63,813 bases of DNA, taken from NCBI GenBank assembly GCA_964385315.1, contig CAYLOW010000001.1, positions 1 through 63,813 on the forward strand, written 5' to 3'. Source of the stretch: an uncultured Anaerolinea sp. GTDB taxonomy: Bacteria > Chloroflexota > Anaerolineae > Anaerolineales > Villigracilaceae. Under the pieces are notes generated by a model. That model worked only from the letters and a program-made list of their open reading frames with translations, was not told where the DNA came from and made no database searches. Below, piece after piece: positions 19,629 to 29,156 of this stretch. The position numbers and the translations under genes are program-made. Position 1 is the stretch's first letter. Each line of letters begins with the position of its first letter.

Positions 19629-20222
19629 TTACCCTTCCAATGGTATATACTTTTTTGGCGGGTTGATTCCTGTCATGCCCTTAAACGCATCCTGAATTTC
19701 CTTCATATCCGTTTCCATGTTCCCGGTGGGATAAAATACTTCGCCCACACGCATGGCCTTACGCCTGCCATCCACCTTGGCCATCACAATTGGTATCCCC
19801 GCATTTTTTGCTATGTGATAAAAACCGCGCTTCCATTCCTTGACGCCATGCCTTGTGCCTTCCGGGGCAATAACCAGGATGAATTGTTTCGCTGTTTCGC
19901 AGGCTTCCACCATCTGTTCCACCAGCCCCTGTGACCTTGATCGGTCAACGGGAATACCGCCGCACCAGTAGAAAAACCAACCGAATGGGTTGTTGAATAA
20001 TTCCATTTTTCCCATATAGCGTACATTCGCCTTCAGACGAAAAATAACACCCAAAAAAAGAATAAAGTCCCAGTTTGAAGTATGCGGTGCGCCGATGATG
20101 ACATACTTGGGCAGGTCGGGAAGATTTCCCTCCACACGCCAGCCAACTGCCCGCATGGCGGAGTTACTGATGAAACGGAAAATTTGACTGATGATTGGGG
20201 TGTTGAAGATGGTTATTTTCAT
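19629..20222 (-). CDS. PlsC-like lysophospholipid acyltransferase
   Basis: PHTSNWD (HX4D), GGIPVDR, APEGTR. Confidence 0.9.
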   Translation of the reverse strand: MKITIFNTPIISQIFRFISNSAMRAVGWRVEGNLPDLPKYVIIGAPHTSNWDFILFLGVIFRLKANVRYMGKMELFNNPFGWFFYWCGGIPVDRSRSQGLVEQMVEACETAKQFILVIAPEGTRHGVKEWKRGFYHIAKNAGIPIVMAKVDGRRKAMRVGEVFYPTGNMETDMKEIQDAFKGMTGINPPKKYIPLEG

Positions 20223-20295
20223 AATTCCTCAATTGTAAAACCCCGGGCAAAAATAAAGGTGTCGCATCCTTCTGAATCTGTGGTTAAATATCTTC

Positions 20296-21144
20296 ATGGC
20301 ACTTAAATCGTCGCTCCGCTTCCTTGTTTATAAAACTGAAAAGCTGGCACAGCGCCTGCGCTTTGCTTCCCAGCCTGCAAACCTTCCTATATTGCTTGGC
20401 ATTTCGTTCCCCAAAAGCGGGACACACCTGCTTGACCAGATTTTACTTGGTTTCTCGAATGTTGCACCTTTTGCAAAGCGCCTGCATTCTTTCTATGCTG
20501 AATATGAAGGTGACAGCGGGGTAAAACATAGGCCTGAACAGGCTCTTGCCTGGCTGGATGGGCTTGGCCCGTGTGATGTTGCCTCAGCGCATTTGTTTGC
20601 CCGTCCCGAAGCTGTCTCTCGCGTATGTTCGCCCAATTTTGCGCCATATTTTATTTTCCGCGACCCGCGTGATGTGGTTGTGTCCCATGTCTTTTACGTC
20701 ACTGACATGGAAGCTCGCCACGTTCATCACGAATATTATCAATCGTTGCCTGATTTCAACGCGCGGCTGACGGTCAGTATTTTAGGCAGGCCAGATGCAG
20801 ATATTGAATTTTTGAACATCACTGACCGCTTCACCCCGTACCTGGGCTGGCTCGATCACCCTGAAGTGTTAACCATCCATTTTGAGGATTTAATTCACGA
20901 CCGCACCGCGACTCTGGCCCAAATCATGGATCACCTCCTAGCCCGTGCCCCGCTGTCAGCTACCCGACAGTCGATTCTTGACTCTCTTGAAACATCCATC
21001 AATCCAAAAAAGTCGCCCACCTTCCGTTCCGGCAAAACAGGTGAATGGAAAAAATATTTCACTGAACAACATAAAAAGGTTTTTAAAGACGCAGCTGGTG
21101 ATTTATTGGTGAAGCTGGGGTATGAGAAGGATTGTGACTGGTAG
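20296..21144 (+). CDS. PAPS-dependent sulfotransferase domain protein (paralog of 6494-7348)
   Basis: FPKSGTHLL, FRDPRD, FRSGKTGEWK, AGDLLVKLGYE. Confidence 0.85.
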   Translation: MALKSSLRFLVYKTEKLAQRLRFASQPANLPILLGISFPKSGTHLLDQILLGFSNVAPFAKRLHSFYAEYEGDSGVKHRPEQALAWLDGLGPCDVASAHLFARPEAVSRVCSPNFAPYFIFRDPRDVVVSHVFYVTDMEARHVHHEYYQSLPDFNARLTVSILGRPDADIEFLNITDRFTPYLGWLDHPEVLTIHFEDLIHDRTATLAQIMDHLLARAPLSATRQSILDSLETSINPKKSPTFRSGKTGEWKKYFTEQHKKVFKDAAGDLLVKLGYEKDCDW

Positions 21145-21208
21145 ACAAGTACAAAGGGAATGTGCCCTTTGATTATTGACATTTTTTTTCTCCTTCATTC
21201 TTTTTCCC

Positions 21209-22138
21209 ATGACCTGTTCCATTATCATCCGAGCCTATAACGAAGAAAAACACATTGCCCGTCTGCTTGAAGGGATTAAACAGCAGACCGTCAAAGATGT
21301 GGATGTGATCCTTGTTGACTCGGGGTCAACCGACTTAACCACCGCAATCGCTGAATCATATGGTGCACAGGTTGTGAGGATCCCGTCAGCAGAGTTTACA
21401 TTTGGACGTTCTCTTAACTATGGCATCAAAGCCACGGCGCGTGAATTGGTTGTCATTGCCAGCGCGCATGTTTACCCAGTCTATCCTGATTGGCTGGAGA
21501 CTTTACTCCGCCCATTTCAAGATGAAAGAATTGCACTCACCTACGGCAAACAGCGTGGGCCGAATTTTGCCAAATTCTCTGAACAGCAGATCTTTCATCA
21601 GTGGTACCCCGATACAGGCAAGCCGAATCAGGATACCGCTTTTTGCAATAATGCCAACGCCGCGATCCGAAGAAGTTTGTGGGAAAAAAATAACTATGAC
21701 GAAACGCTGACGGGCTTGGAAGACCTCGCCTGGTCAAAGTGGGCAAAAGAGCAGGGGCATGCCATTGCCTACACCCCAGAAGCCGAAATCATCCATGTCC
21801 ACAACGAAACGCCGCATGGTGTTTATAACCGTTATCGCCGCGAAGCAATGGCGCTGCGGAAAATCTATCCCGAAGCGCATTTCAATTATTATGACTTCCT
21901 GCGCCTGACTACAACCAATATTTTCAGCGACCTTTGGCACGCTGCACGCGGGGGTGTTTTTTTGAAAAATATTTTTCCCATTTTCTGGTTCCGCTTCATG
22001 CAATTTCATGGCACACGGATTGGACATCGTGAGACCAGCCTTGTTACCCCACAATTGAGAGAGACTTTTTATTATGCGAGAGAGCGGATAGGGGAGGCAG
22101 AAAGTAAAAGAGATGTTAAACCCATTCAATATAAATGA
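21209..22138 (+). CDS. GT2 family glycosyltransferase
   Basis: SIIIRAYNEE, VDSGSTD, FTFGRSLN, GLED. Confidence 0.9.
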   Translation: MTCSIIIRAYNEEKHIARLLEGIKQQTVKDVDVILVDSGSTDLTTAIAESYGAQVVRIPSAEFTFGRSLNYGIKATARELVVIASAHVYPVYPDWLETLLRPFQDERIALTYGKQRGPNFAKFSEQQIFHQWYPDTGKPNQDTAFCNNANAAIRRSLWEKNNYDETLTGLEDLAWSKWAKEQGHAIAYTPEAEIIHVHNETPHGVYNRYRREAMALRKIYPEAHFNYYDFLRLTTTNIFSDLWHAARGGVFLKNIFPIFWFRFMQFHGTRIGHRETSLVTPQLRETFYYARERIGEAESKRDVKPIQYK

Positions 22139-22182
22139 TCGTCAGATATCTGCCGCCATTTTTATTTCGGTATAATTGCCCC

Positions 22183-23013
22183 ATGTCCAATTCTTATACC
22201 CTTAAACCTGCCTCCGAATTCCCCATCTCCCAACTCGCAGACCTGCTTACGCGCGGATTTCAGGATTATGTTGTTCCCATCTACGTTCCCGAAGCCGTAC
22301 TGCTGACCATGCTCCGCCGTGACAGTATTGATTTAACCACCAGCCGTGTGCTGTTGAAAGACAACGACCCGATCGGCATCGGACTGGTTGCCCGGCGCGG
22401 CTGGACAAGTCGACTCGCGGCAATGGGAATTGTGACAGATGCCAGAAACAGCGGCGCGGGAACCTGGGTAATGGGACAACTTATCGATGAGTCCCGGATA
22501 CGCGGTGAAAGGGAAATGTTGCTGGAAGTGATCGAGACAAACACAGCGGGGGTGAGGTTATACGAGAAAGCTAATTTCAAAAAAGTTCGCAGGCTGGTGG
22601 GATATCGACTTGAAAACCCACAAGTTGAGGCCCAGCACCCATTAGAAGAAATAGATATCCGTGAACTTGGGAGGCTCGTTACATATCATGGATTACCCGA
22701 TCTGCCCTGGTTGCTCTCAGGGCCGACCATAATGCACCATACGCCGCCCTCTCGTGCTTTCCGTCTTAAAGATGCCTACTGTCTGATCAGTGACCCATCG
22801 ATTGACCATGTATCAATTTCGTCGGTCCTGGTCAAAACCCGTTCGCGGGGCGCAGGTCTCAGCAAGGCCCTCCTTTATGCCCTCTTTGCACAATTCCCGC
22901 ACAAGACCTGGCATGTTTCAGCCATCTTTCCTGAAGAAATATCCTTCATTTTTGATCATGTGGGTATGAAACGTGAAGAGCTTTCACAATGGCAGATGTC
23001 GCTGATGTTGTAA
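22183..23013 (+). CDS. GNAT family acetyltransferase (tandem domains)
   Basis: ARNSGAG and SRGAGLS acetyl-CoA motifs; LEVIETN..LYEK. TATAAT lies 6 nt before ATG 22183. Confidence 0.85.
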   Translation: MSNSYTLKPASEFPISQLADLLTRGFQDYVVPIYVPEAVLLTMLRRDSIDLTTSRVLLKDNDPIGIGLVARRGWTSRLAAMGIVTDARNSGAGTWVMGQLIDESRIRGEREMLLEVIETNTAGVRLYEKANFKKVRRLVGYRLENPQVEAQHPLEEIDIRELGRLVTYHGLPDLPWLLSGPTIMHHTPPSRAFRLKDAYCLISDPSIDHVSISSVLVKTRSRGAGLSKALLYALFAQFPHKTWHVSAIFPEEISFIFDHVGMKREELSQWQMSLML

Positions 23014-23028
23014 GATAAAATAGGGGAT

Positions 23029-23700
23029 ATGAAACTAGCTGCCCTTATCCCTATGCGTCACCACAGCCAACGTGTGCCTGGTAAAAACTATCGTCCCCTG
23101 GCAGGCAAACCACTTTTTCATTACGTCATCGAAACCCTCCTGGCAGTGCCTGAGATTGATACTGTGATGGTTGATACGGACTCTGAGCCTGTGATGGATG
23201 GCGTGCGCCGCTTCTTTCCAACCGTCAGGCTGATTCATCGCCCCGTTCATCTCCGCGCCGACGATGTGCCTATGAACGATATCCTGCTCTATGATACGGC
23301 ACAAGTTGAAGCGGATTTTTATCTGCAAACCCATAGTACCAATCCATTGCTTAAAGCAGAGACCGTTTCCCGTGGGGTTGGAACTTTTTTTGCCGAGCAC
23401 CCAAAATATGATTCCCTGTTTTCAGTCACCCGTTGGCAAACACGGTTGTATTTTCAGGATGGGCGTGCCATCAACCATAATCCGCTTGAGTTGATCCAGA
23501 CCCAGGACTTACCGCCCGTGTACGAGGAAAATTCCTGCCTGTATCTTTTTACCCGCGAGAATCTAGCGCGCAAGCATCACCGCATTGGTGATAGACCCTA
23601 CATGCTTGAAATTGATAGAGCGGAAGCCTGGGATATTGACGAAGAGCTCGATTTTGAGATCACAGATTTCTTGATGAAGAGAAGAAATAATGCAAAATAA
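23029..23700 (+). CDS. Second acylneuraminate cytidylyltransferase family protein
   Basis: PMRHHSQRVPGKN, QTHSTNPLL, YEENS, WDIDEE. Confidence 0.85.
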   Translation: MKLAALIPMRHHSQRVPGKNYRPLAGKPLFHYVIETLLAVPEIDTVMVDTDSEPVMDGVRRFFPTVRLIHRPVHLRADDVPMNDILLYDTAQVEADFYLQTHSTNPLLKAETVSRGVGTFFAEHPKYDSLFSVTRWQTRLYFQDGRAINHNPLELIQTQDLPPVYEENSCLYLFTRENLARKHHRIGDRPYMLEIDRAEAWDIDEELDFEITDFLMKRRNNAK

Positions 23701-25711
23701 AAAACAAGTCGATGGAACATTCTGGTGGGGCGTACTGATCGTTTTTGTCGTTTCTGCAATTGCTTACCTGCCTCTGGCGAATCAGATTGGCTACCTTAAC
23801 GACGACTGGTATTTGATGTATGACATGCAGGTCAAGGGAGTGAAATTCTTCCACGAGATATTTAGCGGAGATCGTCCCGGGCGCGCGCTGGGAATGATCC
23901 CGCTATTTTCAATATTTGGCTTTAAGCCATTTTATTATCATTTGAGCGCGTATCTATTTCGGTTTCTGGGCGGGGTTAGTTTATATTGGGCGTTTCACAT
24001 GCTCTGGGATAAAAAACGGTTTACCCCGCTTGTTGCCGCGCTTTTATTCACCATCTACCCCGGTTTTCTTTCGCAGACCAATGCAATTGATTATCAGTCG
24101 CATATTTTGGGATTGTTTCTTGCGACATTGTCAGTTGCATTAACCATCAAATCCGTTTTGACCGTGGACCGAATACCGCGTATTTTTTTCACGGCTGGAT
24201 CCATTTTGGCGGGTTGGGGATATTTAAGCCAGATGGAATACTTCATTGGCATCGAGGCTTTTCGTTTTGCCAGCATTTTTATTTTGATGTGGCGTGCGCA
24301 GGGCGAATTGATACGGCAGAAATTAATAAAGATCATCATTGCCAGTTTGCCGTTCCTGCTGATCGCGGGCGGATTCCTAATATGGCGGATGTTCTTCTTC
24401 ACCGCCGAGCGCAATGCGACAGACATTGGCTTGCAGCTCTCGCAAGTGCTTTTATCCCCGTTGACACTTTTGTGGTGGTTGAATTTTTTGATCCAGGACA
24501 CATTCAGTGTGGTATTGGTGGCCTGGGGGCTTCCGATGTATGTATTGGCTTTCCCCATGCGCCTTCGTGAAATTATGTCTGCATTTGGGTGGGCGGGACT
24601 TGCCATGCTGCTGACGGTTTTGGGAATTCGTCTGCTGCGACAAAATAATTTTGAATCTGAATCGAATTCAAAGCGGAGTCAAGAGGGGCTCTGGTTAAGT
24701 CTCATCTGCATTGCAGGTGGATTAATCCCCGTCATTCTGGTCAATCGTCATGTCACCCTTCCAGATTATTCCCGCTATACCTTGATTGCTTCAATCGGCG
24801 CAGCTTTGCTTTTGGCAACATTGATCGAATATATTTCCTCGCATGCAGTGCAATCTGTTGTGCTAACCCTTTTTGTGGCGGTGGCAGTGCTGACGCACTA
24901 CGGCAATGCAGTGCGGGCAGTGAATGAAACTCAGGCAACACGAAATTTTTGGTGGCAGGTTTCATGGCGCGCACCGCAAATTCAGCCGGGTGTGACATTG
25001 ATCGCTTCATATCCAGGAAGCCCGCTCAGTGAAGATTATTTTATATGGGGACCTGCGAATTTGATCTATTATCCTGAGAAGCAAAAAACAAATCCTGTTG
25101 AAATTAAACTGCCGGCCTCTGTGCTGACAGATGATGCAGTCCTGAACATCATCACAAATGATGGCGTGGAAACTCCGCTTCGCCGTGGAAATTATTTGGA
25201 GCGTGATTTTGGCAATGTGCTGGTGATGATCCAATCGGGATCCAATGGATGCGTGCGAATAATTAATGGGGATGTACCTGAACTTTCCCCCTCAGACCAG
25301 CACCGCTTGTTGTTGATCGCGCCATTCTCCCGTTTGGAAAATGTGAAAACGGAAGGCGGGTTTAAAACCCCGCCCGTGGTTGTTTTTGGTGAAGAGCCTA
25401 AGCATGGCTGGTGTTTTTATTATCAAAAGGCAGATCTTGCCCGTCAACGCGGCGAATGGGAGAAAATCCCCGATTTGCTAAAGCAAGCCCTGGCTGAGGG
25501 ACTGTATCCCGAAGACGGTTTGGAATGGATGCCTTTCCTGCAGGCCTCTGCCGTGTTAAACAAGGTGGACAATGTCCGCAGTACTGTAAAACTTGTGACT
25601 ACCGATAAATTCTTGCGTTTGCAGGTTTGCAGCATCATGACCGATTTTATGGAAAAAGAGACGCTGAGCAATGAAGTCAAGACCGTCATTGAGCATGGGA
25701 TTTGTAAATAA
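23690..25711 (+). CDS. Large polytopic membrane protein, probable GT-C glycosyltransferase
   Basis: NDDW acidic motif after TM1, DRP, about 12 TM segments, soluble C-terminal domain with WCFYYQKADLARQ. Confidence 0.6.
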   Translation: MQNKKQVDGTFWWGVLIVFVVSAIAYLPLANQIGYLNDDWYLMYDMQVKGVKFFHEIFSGDRPGRALGMIPLFSIFGFKPFYYHLSAYLFRFLGGVSLYWAFHMLWDKKRFTPLVAALLFTIYPGFLSQTNAIDYQSHILGLFLATLSVALTIKSVLTVDRIPRIFFTAGSILAGWGYLSQMEYFIGIEAFRFASIFILMWRAQGELIRQKLIKIIIASLPFLLIAGGFLIWRMFFFTAERNATDIGLQLSQVLLSPLTLLWWLNFLIQDTFSVVLVAWGLPMYVLAFPMRLREIMSAFGWAGLAMLLTVLGIRLLRQNNFESESNSKRSQEGLWLSLICIAGGLIPVILVNRHVTLPDYSRYTLIASIGAALLLATLIEYISSHAVQSVVLTLFVAVAVLTHYGNAVRAVNETQATRNFWWQVSWRAPQIQPGVTLIASYPGSPLSEDYFIWGPANLIYYPEKQKTNPVEIKLPASVLTDDAVLNIITNDGVETPLRRGNYLERDFGNVLVMIQSGSNGCVRIINGDVPELSPSDQHRLLLIAPFSRLENVKTEGGFKTPPVVVFGEEPKHGWCFYYQKADLARQRGEWEKIPDLLKQALAEGLYPEDGLEWMPFLQASAVLNKVDNVRSTVKLVTTDKFLRLQVCSIMTDFMEKETLSNEVKTVIEHGICK

Positions 25712-25747
25712 AAATTGTCCGGGTAATTTATTCTTAAGGGTATCAAA

Positions 25748-27001
25748 ATGGATATTCAAAAGACAGATATTCTCATTATTGGCGGCGGTTCGATTGGATT
25801 AAATTGCGCCTATTATCTTTTAAAGTCGGGGCGAAAGGTAACCATTGTAGAATCAAAAGGCATAGCCGGGGGGAGTTCATCCGGTAATGCGGGGCATATT
25901 GTGCCGAGTCACATTATTCCGCTTGCCGCGCCTGGAATTGTCAGCACTGCATTCAAGTGGATGCTTGATCCCAAAAACAGCCCTTTTGGCATGAAGATCA
26001 GCCTCAACCCCAAATATATTTCATGGCTACTGCAATTTACGCTGGCCTGTAGTGAAGCTAATGTTCAGCGTGCCATTCCACCGTTGAACAGTCTCGGCCA
26101 GTTGAGTGCAAGGAACTATTCACAAATTATCCCCGGGGAAAAGTTTGATTGTTATTATCAGAAAACAGGATTGCTCTTTTTATATAAAACCGAGAAAGCC
26201 TTCGAAGACGGACGGCACGAAGCTGAAATGATGCAAGGGCATGGCATCCCCGTGACTATGCTTGGCAAGGCGGCACTGCATGCAATCGAACCTGCTGCAC
26301 GCGATGACGTGTTGGGTGGTGTGCATTTTACAGGTGACGCACACCTCAACCCGGCGCTATTTCTCCAATTACTGGGCGAGCGTGTCCGCTTGATGGGTGC
26401 GGAAATTTTTGAGAATACCCCTGTGACGGGTTTCGAAGTGGCCGATGGAAATATTCGTGCTGTGATAACCAGCGCGGGTGGTTTTGAAGCGAACGAAATT
26501 GTTCTTGCCGCTGGCGCATGGACTCCGGTTGTGGCTCGCGATCTTAGATTGAATCTTCCCATTCAATCTGCACGCGGCTACAGCATGACCATATCCCAGA
26601 CAAAAAATATGCCGTGCCATGCACTTTTGCTTGGCGAACGCCGCGTGGCGGTCTCACCGATGGGCGGTTTGCTGCGTTTTACCGGAAGATTGGAGCTAAG
26701 TAATATTGATACGATAATAAATGCCAGGCATATTGCTGGTATTGAACGCGCTGTGCGGGATTATATCCACCTGGATGAGAATCTCAATGTTCAGGGGACC
26801 TGGGCGGGTCTTCGTCCCACCACACCTGACGGCCTGCCGATCATCGGACGATCGGCGCGTTATAAGAATTTGATCCTTGCCTCGGGGCATGCCATGTTGG
26901 GGCTGTCGCTGGGGCCAGGTACGGGCCAGGTCGTAGCGGAATTGGTGAATAGGAAAGAGACAGCGTTTGATTTAAGTCCACTGCGGGTCGAGCGATTTTA
27001 A
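25748..27001 (+). CDS. D-amino acid dehydrogenase (DadA-like) FAD oxidoreductase
   Basis: IIGGGSIG, SSGNAG, WAGLRPTTPDGLP, GHAMLG. Confidence 0.9.
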   Translation: MDIQKTDILIIGGGSIGLNCAYYLLKSGRKVTIVESKGIAGGSSSGNAGHIVPSHIIPLAAPGIVSTAFKWMLDPKNSPFGMKISLNPKYISWLLQFTLACSEANVQRAIPPLNSLGQLSARNYSQIIPGEKFDCYYQKTGLLFLYKTEKAFEDGRHEAEMMQGHGIPVTMLGKAALHAIEPAARDDVLGGVHFTGDAHLNPALFLQLLGERVRLMGAEIFENTPVTGFEVADGNIRAVITSAGGFEANEIVLAAGAWTPVVARDLRLNLPIQSARGYSMTISQTKNMPCHALLLGERRVAVSPMGGLLRFTGRLELSNIDTIINARHIAGIERAVRDYIHLDENLNVQGTWAGLRPTTPDGLPIIGRSARYKNLILASGHAMLGLSLGPGTGQVVAELVNRKETAFDLSPLRVERF

Positions 27002-27104
27002 TAAAATAAACATTCCTGTTTACAAATCGAATTATTCATCAGATAACAAATGTTTTGCCGCTGCAATAGTTTCCATATCATTGCGAACTGGCAATAAAAA
27101 ACGA

Positions 27105-27956
27105 TTACCCATTTTCTTCATCGTGTGCTTCGGGGATGTGATTGGGTTTTTCTTTACCCAACTCCAGTGAGCGTTGATATGCCGCCCAAACCGCGCGCGA
27201 AATGGCCGTGCGGAAGCCTGCTTTTTCCAAATAATATAATGCTTCGGCAGATGTCCCGCCCGGGGAGGTAACCTGGTTTCTTAAAGTGGCAGGATGTCTG
27301 CTTGCGCCCTGATAATAGGATGCCGAACCTTTGATGGTTTGCAAAACCAACTGCTCGGCGATGCGGCGGGGGAATCCCATATGCACGCCCGCATCGATCA
27401 ATGCTTCGGTGAAGAGGAACACGTATGCAGGACCCGAACCCGAGAGTGCGGTTGCCATATCCAGATAACTTTCATCTTCAACGAAGACTTCTTCTCCCAT
27501 GGCGCTGAGAATGGCTCGAGTCATATTTTGTTGTTCTTCACTAACATCCTTTGATGCTGTCCAAACTGTTATACCTTCCCCAATTTGGCCCGGGGTGTTG
27601 GGCATTGAACGCACAACCGCCTTGTGTTTTAGTCCGGTACTGATCTTTTTCATGGATGCGCCCGCAATGATTGAAATGACGAGAGATCCCGGACGGATGC
27701 CTTTGAGACTCTTCATCACTTCGGTCAACCGCTGTGGCTTGACCGAAAGCACAATAATATCTGATTCGTGAACGGCTGCGGTGTTGTCAGTGCTTGTTTT
27801 GATCCCATATTTCATGTGCAGCTCTCCGCCGCGTTCCTCGCGGGGACCAGCTGCAGTGATATTTTTAGGGTCAGCGAGTTTTTGGCGAAGCAAACCTGCG
27901 ATCATGGCTTCTGCCATGACACCAGGTCCGATGAATGTGATCTTTTTATTAATCAT
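27105..27956 (-). CDS. proC: Pyrroline-5-carboxylate reductase
   Basis: FIGPGVMA, SVKPQ, RSMPNTP, ALSGSGPAY, VTSPGGT. Confidence 0.96.
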   Translation of the reverse strand: MINKKITFIGPGVMAEAMIAGLLRQKLADPKNITAAGPREERGGELHMKYGIKTSTDNTAAVHESDIIVLSVKPQRLTEVMKSLKGIRPGSLVISIIAGASMKKISTGLKHKAVVRSMPNTPGQIGEGITVWTASKDVSEEQQNMTRAILSAMGEEVFVEDESYLDMATALSGSGPAYVFLFTEALIDAGVHMGFPRRIAEQLVLQTIKGSASYYQGASRHPATLRNQVTSPGGTSAEALYYLEKAGFRTAISRAVWAAYQRSLELGKEKPNHIPEAHDEENG

Positions 27957-28021
27957 AATAAACTCCTAAAAGATGAATTCTGGGGAATGAAGGATTACCA
28001 AGTTTTAACCGGAAAGTTTAT

Positions 28022-28597
28022 TTACTGAAAATAACCCAGTGCCAACCTGAGACGTTCGCCTGTGTCATCGGGCGCATCTTTTGGAATGAATTGGAGTGCG
28101 GCTTGAGCTTCCACCACCGAGTAGCCCAGCGCAGTGAGGGCGGCTATGACTTCGGCATCGGTATCCGAGATCGCGGCAAGTTTGGAAAGCGAGTCAACCG
28201 GCTTGAGTTTGTCCTTGAGGTGCAGAGCCATTTTTTGCGCAGTCTTCTTGCCGACGCCAGGAACACGGCTCAAAACATCGGGTTCTTCTGCAAAAACGGC
28301 ACGTTGAATTGCATCCAATGTCATGGTGGATAGAACGGAGAGCGCAACTTTTGGCCCCACTCCATCCACGCCCAGCAGAATATTGAAAAGTTCCCGGTCG
28401 CTTTGGGATTCGAATCCATAAAGGATAAGTGCATCCTCACGTACTACCAGATGAGTGAATAAAAAGACGGGTTCGCCCGCTTTGGCTTGCCCACGCAGGG
28501 GGGCAGGGACAAAGACTCTCAGTCCCACGCCGCCGACCTCGACGATAAGGGCATTATCTTCTATTTGGGAGACTTCTCCGCGTAATGTTGCAATCAT
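28022..28597 (-). CDS. ruvA: Holliday junction branch migration protein RuvA
   Basis: VREDALILYGF, GVDGVGPKVAL, VPGVGKKTA, ALTALGY. Confidence 0.97.
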   Translation of the reverse strand: MIATLRGEVSQIEDNALIVEVGGVGLRVFVPAPLRGQAKAGEPVFLFTHLVVREDALILYGFESQSDRELFNILLGVDGVGPKVALSVLSTMTLDAIQRAVFAEEPDVLSRVPGVGKKTAQKMALHLKDKLKPVDSLSKLAAISDTDAEVIAALTALGYSVVEAQAALQFIPKDAPDDTGERLRLALGYFQ

Positions 28598-28709
28598 GTT
28601 TGTATTTTACCGTAAACGCAGAAGCGGGGTCATGATTGCGAATGCCAAAAAGAATGGGTAAGAAGTCCCTGGCGTGCCTGGTTGGCTGCGCCGCGATATA
28701 ATCTCCAAT

Positions 28710-29117
28710 ATGGAAATATCTTTTACAACCCCTGCTTTGCTTTTCCCTACTGTATCTTTGTTGATGCTGGCTTATACCAATCGTTTCCTTTCCCTCGCGA
28801 CCGTCATTCGCAATTTACATGATCGTTACAAGGCCGAGAATAACGGCAACCTGTTGAAGCAAATTGCGAACCTGCGTTACAGAATTATTTTAATCCGCGA
28901 TATGCAGATATTTGGACTGCTCAGCCTGCTGTTTTGTGTGGTGAGCATGTTTGCCCTTTTCGCCGGTTGGATTATGGCGGGACAATGGAGCTTCGCTATC
29001 GCGTTAATCCTGATGATCGTTTCAATGGTGATCTCTTTGCGCGAGCTGCAGATCTCAGTCGGCGCACTCGATGTGTTATTGGCAGAGTTGGAGAGCGAAA
29101 ATTCAAAAGACGGATGA
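28710..29117 (+). CDS. DUF2721-like small membrane protein
   Basis: TPALLFPTVSLLMLAYTNRF...QIANLRYRI; three TM segments. Confidence 0.75.
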   Translation: MEISFTTPALLFPTVSLLMLAYTNRFLSLATVIRNLHDRYKAENNGNLLKQIANLRYRIILIRDMQIFGLLSLLFCVVSMFALFAGWIMAGQWSFAIALILMIVSMVISLRELQISVGALDVLLAELESENSKDG

Positions 29118-29156
29118 TGTCATGATCGTGTTGAAATCGTGGCAAGCTGCCTGGTG

